Shown here: one piece after another, positions 9,803 through 19,349 of the stretch
How positions within the stretch are numbered: the stretch's first letter is position 1
Layout: the number at the start of each line of letters is the position of its first letter
Assembly: GCA_046582655.1 (NCBI GenBank)
Contig: JAYGDX010000242.1
Span: 1-26,262 of the forward strand
Length of the DNA stretch: 26,262 nucleotides
DNA from: Candidatus Poribacteria bacterium
GTDB taxonomy: Bacteria > Poribacteria > WGA-4E > UBA9662
Direction of reading: 5' to 3'
Program-made: the position numbers and the translations under genes
Notes under the pieces: model-generated
Databases searched by the model: none
What the model was told of the DNA's origin: nothing
The model's input: the letters and a program-made list of their open reading frames with translations, nothing else

Positions 9803-10473
9803 TTGCAAAATCAGACCCAACATTCATTCATTACTCAAACTACCAAAACTGTTAAATTAGGATACCTTCTCTTTCTACCCAGCGATTATAAAAAAACACT
9901 GACCAAAAATTTCCGCTGATTATGTTTCTACACGGGATGGGAGAGCGTGGTGATGATAACCTGAACCTGTTAAAAAAACATGGTATCCCAAAAATAGTTG
10001 AAACGACCCCAAACTTCCCATTTATTGTGGTTTCGCCACAGTGCCCTGACAATTCTTGGTGGACGATGGAAATTGATGCCTTGAAAGCATTACTCGATGA
10101 AATCATCGATAGTCATTCCGTCAATCCGGATCAAATATACTTGACTGGATTAAGCATGGGAGGATATGGGACATGGAAGTTGGCAACAGAACATCCCGAC
10201 TATTTTGCTGCCATAGCACCTATTTGTGGGGGCGGTGATCCTGAGAAGGCAGAGCAGATTAAAGATATACCTATCTGGGTGTTCCACGGTGCCAAGGACT
10301 TAGTTGTGACATTAGAAAAATCAGAAGAAATGGTCGAATCTCTCAAGTTGGTCAATGGAAACGTGCGCTTTACGGTTTATCCTGAAACCGAGCATGATTC
10401 TTGGACGAAGACTTATGATAATCCTGAGCTTTATGAATGGTTCTTTCAACACACACGGTTACGGAAGCAATGA
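9803..10473 (+). CDS. Alpha/beta-hydrolase (carboxylesterase/predicted peptidase), split by a 1-nt frameshift at A7 (9890-9896)
   Basis: AGGAG RBS and TTG 9803 give MQNQTQHSF..VKLGYLLFLPSDYKK. The -1 frame continues NTDQKFPLIMFLHGMGERG..SPQCP..TGLSMGGYG..FHGAKD..HDSW (GxSxG nucleophile). Confidence 0.8.
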
Positions 10474-10760
10474 TCGATTTTCAATATAGAAAGGTTGGTC
10501 TGTTCTATGGTTAATTTAATTGTTTATATTTGGTAAGGCTCTCTTTGAGAAATAACCAAGCATTTCTTGTCTTGCTTTCGTCAGTAATGGGAAAATGGAA
10601 CGATTTTTAAAGGAATGAGCAATTTACAGGAAATCATCTACTGAAAAGAATCCTCTTAAAAATAGTAACTAAACAATCTATATTTAATGTTTCGCTGACA
10701 AGGAAAAGGCTGCAACTGTAGAATTCATTCCTACCAGCAATAGACTAATCTAGTCAAAAA

Positions 10761-11100
10761 TTAGAACCGACTTTTGGCAACGCTCTACATAACAGCAAGT
10801 TCATCCTGCAATTCGACCGGTGTTGCAGCCCTTCATGCTCCGAGTCATAATTGTGTTTATGTTAGCCTTGGCTAAAGCTACTTTGAAGATCGCAACTTCA
10901 TCCAGAACCCTTTTCAAAAGGGTGTAGTGTGCCAATTTATTCCCCATGTTGTATTTATCACTTGGTCTGTATTTATCTTTATCTTCAAACTTTCCACCCA
11001 TGTAGACATCATGGTCTTTCACAGAATCCACCCCCTAGAAAGGCGAAAACACAGTGATGCCATTCATCATCACATACATTATTTTAACCACCGGCAACCT
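10761..11100 (-). pseudogene. Degenerate C-terminal half of a LamG-domain protein
   Basis: DEWHHCVFAF*, then VLDEVAIFKVALAKANINTIMTR, then after a frameshift PVELQDELAVM*SVAKSRF*, a decayed copy of the C-terminal motif with TAG at the Trp position (10785-10787). Confidence 0.7.
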
Positions 11101-11144
11101 CAATTTGAACAAAAAACCGTATTTAAGTTTGATTAATTTGCGAC

Positions 11145-11172
11145 ATTATAAACAGGATTGAATTTCTGTCAA
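11145..11172 (-). promoter_or_regulatory. Consensus sigma70 promoter on the minus strand
   Basis: TTGACA (11172-11167), 16 bp spacer, TATAAT (11150-11145). Confidence 0.55.
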
Positions 11173-11228
11173 CGAAAAGCACTAACTCAGATAATATTAT
11201 CACTATCAAATGACCAGTTTATGTTTAC

Positions 11229-11257
11229 TTGACAAAGAAAATCGATTTTCGTACAAT
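11229..11257 (+). promoter_or_regulatory. Sigma70 promoter with a palindromic operator in the spacer
   Basis: TTGACA (11229-11234), 17 bp spacer, TACAAT (11252-11257). The spacer holds the perfect palindrome GAAAATCGATTTTC (11237-11250). Confidence 0.7.
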
Positions 11258-11289
11258 GCGACTACCAACATTAACGGGGAAAGAATTCC

Positions 11290-12282
11290 ATGAAATTAGC
11301 GCTTCAATCGCGCGATTTTCCAGTATGGCAGGGGGTTGTATCGCTTGAGCCAGCTGACGATTGGATCAAACCGTGGCGAATACCGTATCAGTCACAGAAT
11401 CTATTCCACCCTCAACTGTGTATTCGAGCCGCCATGCCAGCGGGTGTGCGGATTACTTTTCGGTCCGATACTAGCTACATTGAGGGACAAATTGAACCAC
11501 AATTGGAAGAAAACCAGATAGATCTATACTGTGACAAGGCATTTATCGAGTCAGTCAGTTTGAAGAAACAGAATAGGTTTTTATTTACCAATTTGCCAAG
11601 TGGTGAAAAGCTAATCGAATTGTGGCTCCCGCAGAAAGGAGAATTCCGGCTCAAAGTTCTTGAAATGTCCGACGATGCTAGCTTGGAACCTATCAAAGAC
11701 AGTCGACCCCGTTGGATTACCTATGGCAGCTCAATCACCCAATGTTCTGCAGCTGAATCGCCGAGTCAGACATGGCCTGCAATTGTGGCACGCCAATCAG
11801 AGCTTAATCTAACTTGCTTGGGATTTGGAGGGCAGTGCCACTTGGACCCAATTATTGCTCAGGTAATTAGGGATCTTCCAGCCGATTTTATCTCCATCTG
11901 TGCTGGGATCAACATCTATGGTGCAGCCAGCTTAGGAGCGAGATCGTTCCGCCAGGCTATCATCGGTACAGTTCAGACTATCAGGGAGCAACACGTGGAC
12001 ATTCCGATTGTCTTGATCTCTCCTATCTATTCGCCATCTCGTGAAAAGACGAAGAACGCGGTGGGATTCACGCTTGAGGAGATGAGACTTGAGGTTGCGG
12101 CGGCCGTTGAGGATTTGAAGGCTTACGGTGACAGACAAGCGCATTATGTGAATGGGTTACAGATTTTCGGCGCCGATCTGGTTGAGATGCTACCGGATCA
12201 ACTGCATCCAAATGCAGAAGGGTATAAAGCATTAGGTCAAAATTTCATTCAACAAATTGCGAATAAATTCTTCGTTAAATGA
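11290..12282 (+). CDS. SGNH/GDSL hydrolase
   Basis: ITYGSSITQ (block I), LGFGG, GIN, DQLHPN (DxxH). Confidence 0.88.
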   Translation: MKLALQSRDFPVWQGVVSLEPADDWIKPWRIPYQSQNLFHPQLCIRAAMPAGVRITFRSDTSYIEGQIEPQLEENQIDLYCDKAFIESVSLKKQNRFLFTNLPSGEKLIELWLPQKGEFRLKVLEMSDDASLEPIKDSRPRWITYGSSITQCSAAESPSQTWPAIVARQSELNLTCLGFGGQCHLDPIIAQVIRDLPADFISICAGINIYGAASLGARSFRQAIIGTVQTIREQHVDIPIVLISPIYSPSREKTKNAVGFTLEEMRLEVAAAVEDLKAYGDRQAHYVNGLQIFGADLVEMLPDQLHPNAEGYKALGQNFIQQIANKFFVK

Positions 12283-12286
12283 TAGG

Positions 12287-14932
12287 TCAATCAAGCATAC
12301 GTAGATTGACGGAAATCTTTTCTTTTTCAGATTCTAGTTCAGCTTTACGTTCGTATTTCTGATTAATAACCTCTTTCGGTGCACGTTCAACGAAATTTTT
12401 GTTAGCCAGGGTCTTCGTCACGTTATCAAGTTCTAAAGTTGCTTTATCCACCTTTTTCTGCAGGCGATCCCTCTCCTTGTCAATGTTAATGACACCCGCC
12501 AACGGAATATATACAGTCAAATCACTAATTACTGTAGTAGCAGAAGATTTCGGTCTCTCTTGATGTTCAGCTATTGAGACTGTTGCAAACTTTGTAAATG
12601 ATCGCATGTTCTCTTCAAGATGTGTCTCCAAAGTTTGCCGTGTATCTGCACTTGGTGCTTGGATCAGTATTTCGATCTCACTTGAAGGGGGAATATTCAT
12701 CTCGCCTCGTACACTCCGAATCTCGTCGATAACATCCATGATAACTCCCATTTTAGTTTCAGATGCCGAATCTTTGAGGTTCTGATTCGACTCCGGATAT
12801 GGTGAAATGGTGATACTTTCTCCCTCAACAGGTAACAGTTGCCAGATTTCCTCGGTTAAAAATGGCATGATGGGATGCAACAGGCGCAATGCTCCATCAA
12901 GGATTTCGATAGCAACTGTTTGAGCTGTGTGTTTAGCAACCGGATCATCCGAATAGTAGAGTCGTTGTTTTATCATCTCCACGTACCAATCACAAAACTC
13001 ATGCCACATAAACTCATAAATAATGTGTGCTGCATCACGGAACCGAAATTGTTCAAAAGCATCGTTAATATCCTGCACTGTTGTGTCAAATCGACTGCGG
13101 ATCCACTGATCAGCTAGTTGCGGGTGAATTTCAATTGACGAAATTGGATCATAGTCTTCCAAGTTCATCAGCAAAAACCGCGATGCGTTCCATACCTTAT
13201 TGGCAAATCGTTTACCAGCTTCAATCTGGTATTCTGGCAACGGCATGTAAGGGCTGGGAATGGTAGAGTAAACAATGGCAAACCGAAAGGCATCCGCGCC
13301 ATACTTTTCAATTGTTTCTACGGGATCGATAGTATTCCCACGGGATTTACTCATCTTTTTCCCATGTTCATCAGCGACAAGTCCATGCAAGTAGACCTTT
13401 TTGAAAGGAACATCACCTGTACATTCCAGACCAAGCATAATCATTCGCGCAACCCAGAAAAAGAGAATATCCCAACCCGTAACTAGCACCGAAGTTGGAT
13501 AAAAAGTTTTGAGAAGATCTGTATCTTCGGGCCACCCCATGGTTGAAAAAGGCCAAAGCCCTGAACTGAACCAAGTATCTAAGACATCTTCATCCTGCTG
13601 GATATTTTTCGACCCGCAATCAGAACACTCATCCGGAGTATCTACGGCACAGGTGATTCCATGGCAATCATCACAATACCATATCGGTATCTGGTGCCCC
13701 CACCACCGTTGACGTGAGATTGACCATGGCAAGATATCTTCCATCCATCGATGAAAGCGTTTAGTTTCGCGGTCAGGAACAAAAGTAATTCGGCCGGCTT
13801 TAGAGGCTTCAATAGCACGTTCGGCCAAAGGTTTTACATTCACATACCACTGAGGCGAAATGTAAGGTTCAATAATCCGATCACATCGATCGTGATGACC
13901 AACAGCATGCACGTGATCGACAACCTTGAGTAGTAATTTTTGGTCCTGAAGATCTTTGATCAATGCCATCCGACAGTCAAGTCTATCCAAAGAGGCGTAT
14001 TTTTCACCCGCATTTTCATTCAGAGTTCCATTCTCATGAAAAATATTGATTGTATCCAGATTATGTCGTTTACCAATTTCATAGTCATTTGGGTCATGTG
14101 AAGGTGTAACCTTAAGCGCTCCTGTTCCAGTTTCCATATCAACATACTGATCAGCAATGACTGGTAATTCACGTCCAAGAATCGGCAGAATAGCAGTTTG
14201 TCCAATCAAATGCTTATACCGCTCATCTTTTGGATTAACCGCAACCGCGACGTCTCCAAGCATCGTTTCGGGACGCGTAGTTGCTATGGTCAAGAATTCG
14301 TCTGAATCCTTAATACTATATTTGATATAATAAAAATTACCTTCAATTTCAATTGGGATAACTTCTAGATTCGACACGGCCGTCTGGCAATTTGGACACC
14401 AGTTAACCATGTAATCCCCACGATATATCAATCCGCGTTCGTAAAGTTTCACAAATGCAGTTCTAACTGCTCTAGATAGTCCTTCATCAAGTGTGAACCG
14501 TTCACGCTCCCAATCACACGAACTACCGATCTCTTGTAGTTGACCGATAATACGTCCGCGTGACTCATTTTTCCATCGCCACATTCGATCGATAAAATTC
14601 TCACGTCCAATTTCCTGTCGGCTGGTACCTTCCTCAACTAATGTTCTTTCCATAATCAATTCCGTCACGATACCAGCGTGATCTGTACCCGGCATCCAAA
14701 GTGTATTGCAGCCTTGCATCCGCTTCCAGCGGATCAATGTATCTTGGAGTGTATTATCCAGCGCATGTCCAGTGTGCAAACTGCCAGTGATATTGGGTGG
14801 TGGAATAACAATTGAAAAAGGAGTATTGGTAGACTTATCTTTTGCACAAAAGTAATCTTGCTTAAGCCAGAATTGATACCATTTTTTCTCGATTTCTTGG
14901 GGTGAATAATTCTTCGGAATATCCATCATCAT
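12287..14932 (-). CDS. valS: Valine--tRNA ligase
   Basis: PPPNITGSLHTGHAL (HIGH-like), PGTDHAGI, ATTRPETMLGD, DVLDTWFSS, KMSKS, C-terminal coiled coil FVERAP. The start is one of three tandem ATGs. Confidence 0.98.
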   Translation of the reverse strand: MMMDIPKNYSPQEIEKKWYQFWLKQDYFCAKDKSTNTPFSIVIPPPNITGSLHTGHALDNTLQDTLIRWKRMQGCNTLWMPGTDHAGIVTELIMERTLVEEGTSRQEIGRENFIDRMWRWKNESRGRIIGQLQEIGSSCDWERERFTLDEGLSRAVRTAFVKLYERGLIYRGDYMVNWCPNCQTAVSNLEVIPIEIEGNFYYIKYSIKDSDEFLTIATTRPETMLGDVAVAVNPKDERYKHLIGQTAILPILGRELPVIADQYVDMETGTGALKVTPSHDPNDYEIGKRHNLDTINIFHENGTLNENAGEKYASLDRLDCRMALIKDLQDQKLLLKVVDHVHAVGHHDRCDRIIEPYISPQWYVNVKPLAERAIEASKAGRITFVPDRETKRFHRWMEDILPWSISRQRWWGHQIPIWYCDDCHGITCAVDTPDECSDCGSKNIQQDEDVLDTWFSSGLWPFSTMGWPEDTDLLKTFYPTSVLVTGWDILFFWVARMIMLGLECTGDVPFKKVYLHGLVADEHGKKMSKSRGNTIDPVETIEKYGADAFRFAIVYSTIPSPYMPLPEYQIEAGKRFANKVWNASRFLLMNLEDYDPISSIEIHPQLADQWIRSRFDTTVQDINDAFEQFRFRDAAHIIYEFMWHEFCDWYVEMIKQRLYYSDDPVAKHTAQTVAIEILDGALRLLHPIMPFLTEEIWQLLPVEGESITISPYPESNQNLKDSASETKMGVIMDVIDEIRSVRGEMNIPPSSEIEILIQAPSADTRQTLETHLEENMRSFTKFATVSIAEHQERPKSSATTVISDLTVYIPLAGVINIDKERDRLQKKVDKATLELDNVTKTLANKNFVERAPKEVINQKYERKAELESEKEKISVNLRMLD

Positions 14933-15011
14933 TCCATTTTTCCTTAATCTGAAACTGAATATTTAGACTGTAATAAAGTATCTCAGAAACTTTGCCCAGC
15001 AGGTTATTGAA

Positions 15012-15050
15012 TTGAAAAAGCTCTTCTCGATTAATAAAACGAGAAGAGCT
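15012..15050 (-). terminator. Intrinsic terminator after the HPr-like gene
   Basis: 11-bp inverted repeat AGCTCTTCTCG (15019-15029)/CGAGAAGAGCT (15040-15050) with a 10-nt loop, followed by a T run on the minus strand, about 28 nt after the stop. Confidence 0.75.
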
Positions 15051-15077
15051 CAAAATTTATGATCGAGCATGTCTAAC

Positions 15078-15326
15078 CTAACCAGAAATTAGGTTCTCAA
15101 GTGTTTTAATAGCTGCATCGCTATCAACACCATCAGCAATAATCTCCAACTCATCACCTTCATCAGCTACCAGCATTATGACACCCATAATACTTTTAGC
15201 ATTGGCTTTCATCAATTCTTTCTGAAGAGATATCTTGGACTCAAAGCCCTTGGCAACATCTGCGATTCGATTCGCTTTTTTTACATCGATTCGCATACTG
15301 ACAATTATATTTTTTTTAGCCACCAT
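15078..15326 (-). CDS. HPr-family protein lacking His15 (Crh-like), retaining the Ser46 motif
   Basis: 82 aa; ANAKSIMGVIML, GDELEIIADGVD and FESKISL match HPr, but G(L/I)HARPA is replaced by RIDVKKA. Lies directly after hprK. Confidence 0.88.
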   Translation of the reverse strand: MVAKKNIIVSMRIDVKKANRIADVAKGFESKISLQKELMKANAKSIMGVIMLVADEGDELEIIADGVDSDAAIKTLENLISG

Positions 15327-15387
15327 CGATCTCTATGATAAATGTTAAATATTGACACAATATAACGCATCTGATACCTAATTGGAT

Positions 15388-16335
15388 TCAAGCTGTGTTT
15401 TTCTTATTGGATAAAGTATCATTCAACTCACTATTCAGATTCTTAGGTGCGTCAATGCCGAACTTTTGGCTTAATAGATTTGCAGCTGCGGTTTCAATCA
15501 AATTTGAGATATTTCTACCAGGTGCTACTGGTATTGTAACTTGATCAATATCTGTCTCATGAAAGACATAAGACTCATTACTAAATCCGGTCCGGTCATA
15601 TCCCCGGTTCTCATTCCATTCCTCAAGAAATACAACTAACTCAACCTGCTTCCTGTCTCCAACAGCGGTTACCCCAAATAAGGAAACAACGTCAATGATA
15701 CCAAGTCCACGAACTTCAATGTAATGCTTAAACAATCTTGATCTCATGCCGAGAACACGGGGACCAGCGACTTGTTTGAGCAGAACGGAGTCATCCGCAA
15801 TTAGGCGATGTCCTTTCTGAATTAACTCAAGGGAACATTCACTTTTACCGATACCGCTCTTACCTAAAATCAGAACACCGATACCAAACACATCTACTAA
15901 ATTTCCATGAACACAGTCAGCGGAACCCAATTCGTCTTCAAGAAAGTGGAGTAATCGAACCGTGAAAATCGTCGAAGTCAGAGGTGTCGATAAAACCGGA
16001 ACTTGATACTGACCTGCCAATGTCTTAATCAACTCTGAAACACATAAATCCGAAACGAAAATTAGACATGGGATCGTGTATGAAAAAAACTGGGATAATA
16101 CTTCGAATTGGTCGGATGAAGAAAGCTCCTCAATATAGGCAACTTCACCTTTTCCAAAAATCTGCACCCGATCAGAACCAAAGTGGTCATAGTACCCACA
16201 CAAAGCAAGGCCTGGACGATTCGAATCAGCCGAGATTATTTGACGATTTAATCCTTCTTCACCAGCAATAAGATCAAGTTTAAGATCTGCACTAGCATAT
16301 CCAATTAGATCCTGAACAGTGATATGATGTGCCAT
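15388..16335 (-). CDS. hprK: HPr(Ser) kinase/phosphorylase
   Basis: NRPGLALCGY, RVQIFG, VHG, Walker A GKSGIGKSE, HRLIADD, IEVRGLGIIDV, PVAPGRN. Confidence 0.97.
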   Translation of the reverse strand: MAHHITVQDLIGYASADLKLDLIAGEEGLNRQIISADSNRPGLALCGYYDHFGSDRVQIFGKGEVAYIEELSSSDQFEVLSQFFSYTIPCLIFVSDLCVSELIKTLAGQYQVPVLSTPLTSTIFTVRLLHFLEDELGSADCVHGNLVDVFGIGVLILGKSGIGKSECSLELIQKGHRLIADDSVLLKQVAGPRVLGMRSRLFKHYIEVRGLGIIDVVSLFGVTAVGDRKQVELVVFLEEWNENRGYDRTGFSNESYVFHETDIDQVTIPVAPGRNISNLIETAAANLLSQKFGIDAPKNLNSELNDTLSNKKNTA

Positions 16336-16390
16336 TTCCAGGTGCTAAATTCCACCGATCTGCTTTTGTGACCGATTTGCACGATCCAAT

Positions 16391-17953
16391 CTAATCCCAC
16401 TTTCGCCGTCTTTTACTCGACGAGAGAATTCCAAGTTGTTCCCGATACTTAGCTACTGTCCTTCGTGCAGCATGAATACCCAGCTCTCTTAAAGAATCTG
16501 AGATTGCTTGATCACTTAATGGCTTTGCCACATTTTCCTCTGCAATCATATGTTCAATTTTATCCTTCACTGTTGTAGTCGATATGGTTCCGGAGTCGGT
16601 GTCAAGTTCGGCGCTAAAGAAGAAAGATAGAGGATAAATCCCTTGAGGTGTCTGCACGTATTTGCTACTTGTCGCACGACTTACCGTCGATTCGTGTACA
16701 CCCACACCATCAGCAATTTCACGACGCACAAGCGGCTTAAGTCCGTTAACTCCCTTTTCGAGAAAACCTGCTTGAACTTCAAAAATAGCCTCAGTAATTC
16801 GGGCAAGCGTCTGTCGCCTCAAATCGATGTTCTTCAGCAAATCAATCGCTTTATCTCGATAACTTTCAAGGAACTTCTTTGTCTGTTTATCAAGTTTCTT
16901 GAAATCATTAAGCATCATGTCAACATAAAATTGATTTAAACGAAGTCGGGGCATCCCACTATCATTCACAATAGCTCTGTACTTCCCCTCAACTCTCTCT
17001 AAAGCCACATCAGGAATAATAGATCTTTCTGAAGCACTCTGCCCCTTACTAGATGACGGCATAAAGCGCCTTCCCGGAAACGGATCAAGCGTGCTAATAA
17101 CATCACGAGCAGCTAAAACCTGATCCGTTTTGACGTGAAGAGCTTGCGCAAGCTGACGGATCTGGTTCTGCTTAAGAGCATCAAAATGCTTAGTAATGAT
17201 ATCTGTCACCAAAGGATTATCAACACCATATGCCTTAGCTTGCAGGAACAGTGTTTCCTCAGTCGTCCGAAACGGCACACCAACAGGTTCAAATTGTCTT
17301 TGCATAAAAATCAACACATCTTCAACATCTTCAACTTCACAACCAATTTGCTTAGCAATTTCCTCAGTTGGGTTCAACACTTTCGATTGATAAGTGTTAC
17401 CATCATCAATTGGGTCATAGATTGCAAGACACCCATCCTCATCTAAGTTACCGATAATTGCAACACCTATCTGATGCTCACGCTCAGACAGTGTGATTAT
17501 ATCAATTTGGTTCAACAGAGAATCCTGTAAAGACCAGTGACTTTCAAGATCTTGCGGTCGACCATCAGTCTCAGAGTATTCAAATGCAAGTCTCTCACTC
17601 GGGGAAATACTGTCATCTAAAAAATCTTCCCAACCGAAGTCCGGTTCCGGATCACTGGGTTCTATCAGTTCCTCTGCTACTTGAGAGGAATCTATATTCT
17701 CTTCGCTGCCTTTATCAACATTATCTATGCCTGAATTTGTTAGTTCCTCTAATTCGGAACCCTGTTGATCTAGCTCTTCCTCTGAGCCTTCATCCAAAAA
17801 GGGATTTTCTTCTAACTGCAGTTCCAAATGCTGAGAAAGATCCAAGCGGGACATAAGCAACATCTTGACCGCTTGCTGCATTCTCTGGGACAGTTTAAAT
17901 TGAAGCTTTTGTTCAATTTTTTGGCTGATTGATTGATTTAGTCCCAGATTCAT
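16391..17953 (-). CDS. rpoN: RNA polymerase sigma-54 factor
   Basis: Q/L-rich region I, ENPFL, IIGNLDEDG, HTH VHESTVSRA, PLSDQAI, RpoN box ARRTVAKYRE. Confidence 0.97.
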   Translation of the reverse strand: MNLGLNQSISQKIEQKLQFKLSQRMQQAVKMLLMSRLDLSQHLELQLEENPFLDEGSEEELDQQGSELEELTNSGIDNVDKGSEENIDSSQVAEELIEPSDPEPDFGWEDFLDDSISPSERLAFEYSETDGRPQDLESHWSLQDSLLNQIDIITLSEREHQIGVAIIGNLDEDGCLAIYDPIDDGNTYQSKVLNPTEEIAKQIGCEVEDVEDVLIFMQRQFEPVGVPFRTTEETLFLQAKAYGVDNPLVTDIITKHFDALKQNQIRQLAQALHVKTDQVLAARDVISTLDPFPGRRFMPSSSKGQSASERSIIPDVALERVEGKYRAIVNDSGMPRLRLNQFYVDMMLNDFKKLDKQTKKFLESYRDKAIDLLKNIDLRRQTLARITEAIFEVQAGFLEKGVNGLKPLVRREIADGVGVHESTVSRATSSKYVQTPQGIYPLSFFFSAELDTDSGTISTTTVKDKIEHMIAEENVAKPLSDQAISDSLRELGIHAARRTVAKYREQLGILSSSKRRRKWD

Positions 17954-17986
17954 TATCCTGATTCCTATGTTACTTCAAGTGTTACA

Positions 17987-18727
17987 TCAATGACGGCGAA
18001 GTTCAAAGTGGCTGCCAAAATAGCTTTGACGAGCAATTTCATTGCCGATTAACTCTTCTGGAGAACCAGCTAATGTAATTCGCCCATCAGTGATAAGGTA
18101 GGCCCGATCAACGATTTCAAGCATCTCTGCCGCATTGTGATCGGTCACTAGAACACCCAGATTCCGGTCGCGCAGATGAGAAATGATTTGCTTGATGTCC
18201 TGAACAGCAATTGGATCAATTCCAGAAAAAGGTTCATCTAAAAGCATAAAAGACGGATTGGCTGCCAAGGCACGAGCGATTTCCGCTCGACGACATTCGC
18301 CACCAGAAAGAGTGTAAGCTTTACTCCTTGCTAAATGAGAGATGCCAAGTTCGTCCATCAATTCTGTTTTCCTTTTGCGGCGCACTTGTTTATCACCATC
18401 CATTACTTCTAGTACGGACTCGATGTTTTCTTCAACCGTCAACTTTCGAAAAATCGAGGTGTCCTGAGGGAGGTAACCAATGCCAAGCCGCGCACGTCTG
18501 AACATTGGAAATTTTGTGATGATCCGACCATCATAGGAAATCTCACCCACATTTGGTTTGATTGATCCCACAATCATGTAAAAGGTTGTCGATTTACCTG
18601 CGCCATTTGGCCCCAATAACCCGACAATTTCACCTGTTTCAACTTCAACACTTACATCGTTAACAACGTTACGCCCTTTTCTAGAATAACGCTTTACAAG
18701 ACCATGTGTTTTCAACTTAATAGACAT
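17987..18727 (-). CDS. lptB: LPS export ABC transporter ATP-binding protein
   Basis: GLLGPNGAGKSTTFYMIVG, RARLGIGYLPQ, LSGGECRR, LLDEPFSGIDPIAV, TDHN; immediately upstream of rpoN. Confidence 0.95.
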   Translation of the reverse strand: MSIKLKTHGLVKRYSRKGRNVVNDVSVEVETGEIVGLLGPNGAGKSTTFYMIVGSIKPNVGEISYDGRIITKFPMFRRARLGIGYLPQDTSIFRKLTVEENIESVLEVMDGDKQVRRKRKTELMDELGISHLARSKAYTLSGGECRRAEIARALAANPSFMLLDEPFSGIDPIAVQDIKQIISHLRDRNLGVLVTDHNAAEMLEIVDRAYLITDGRITLAGSPEELIGNEIARQSYFGSHFELRRH

Positions 18728-18749
18728 ATCTTCGCAGATTAGCCTTTAA

Positions 18750-19349
18750 TTATTCTGATTTATCGGACGACGCATTACTATCATCCTTACTATTACCACT
18801 AATCCGAACACGAAACTTCACATCTCCTTTTCCAGTTCTTTTTCCAGTTCGCCGATTAAACATAAAGTGTTTCGCTTCCAACCGATCTTCATTTTGTAAG
18901 ACCACGACATCTTCACTAAGTTCCACAATATCCTCGACATGATCAATAATTGCATGCTTACAGGTGGCAAAAATATCCTGATCGCGCATTTCTACATTGC
19001 CAACAGCAACTGTTTTTTTATATTCTCCCGTTTCCAAGTCACGATGAAGCGTAACCTTATCAGCATTTAGGAATCCCCCCGTCTGCCGAATTCGGACTGC
19101 GCCAGTCAGAATAGTGAGACCTGTTTCCTCATCTTGTTCAAAGAAATCTGCATGTTCACAAACAATCATCCCCTCTTCTTTTTGATTATCCTTTGCCTCT
19201 TTTTTTTGTTTGCTCGCAACAGTTTTTTCACCTTCAGCAATCAATTGGCAAGGAATCGAAATCAAGATAAAAATAACGTAGATCGAAATTAAGGTTCCGA
19301 GCACTTTGTGATGAACGACGCCTCTTGAATTATAAATTGGTTTCATCAA
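18750..19349 (-). CDS. lptA: LptA/OstA-family LPS transport protein
   Basis: N-terminal hydrophobic segment; beta-jellyroll-like repeats (LTGAVRIRQ, LNADKVTL, AVGNVEM, LSEDVVVLQ); lies between lptC and lptB. Confidence 0.8.
   Translation of the reverse strand: MMKPIYNSRGVVHHKVLGTLISIYVIFILISIPCQLIAEGEKTVASKQKKEAKDNQKEEGMIVCEHADFFEQDEETGLTILTGAVRIRQTGGFLNADKVTLHRDLETGEYKKTVAVGNVEMRDQDIFATCKHAIIDHVEDIVELSEDVVVLQNEDRLEAKHFMFNRRTGKRTGKGDVKFRVRISGNSKDDSNASSDKSE

Noticed and set aside
392..10787. Genome-wide stop-codon reassignment (TAG or TGA at Trp/Arg-like positions)
   Set aside because: Intact genes end at expected positions with TAG (rpoN, lpxL-like, HPr-like) and TGA (valS, hprK, lptB), and most interrupted genes also carry frameshifts.
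14933..15077. T-box or attenuator upstream of valS
   Set aside because: The region is only about 145 bp with no T-box motif seen; the hairpin is better explained as the terminator of the upstream operon.
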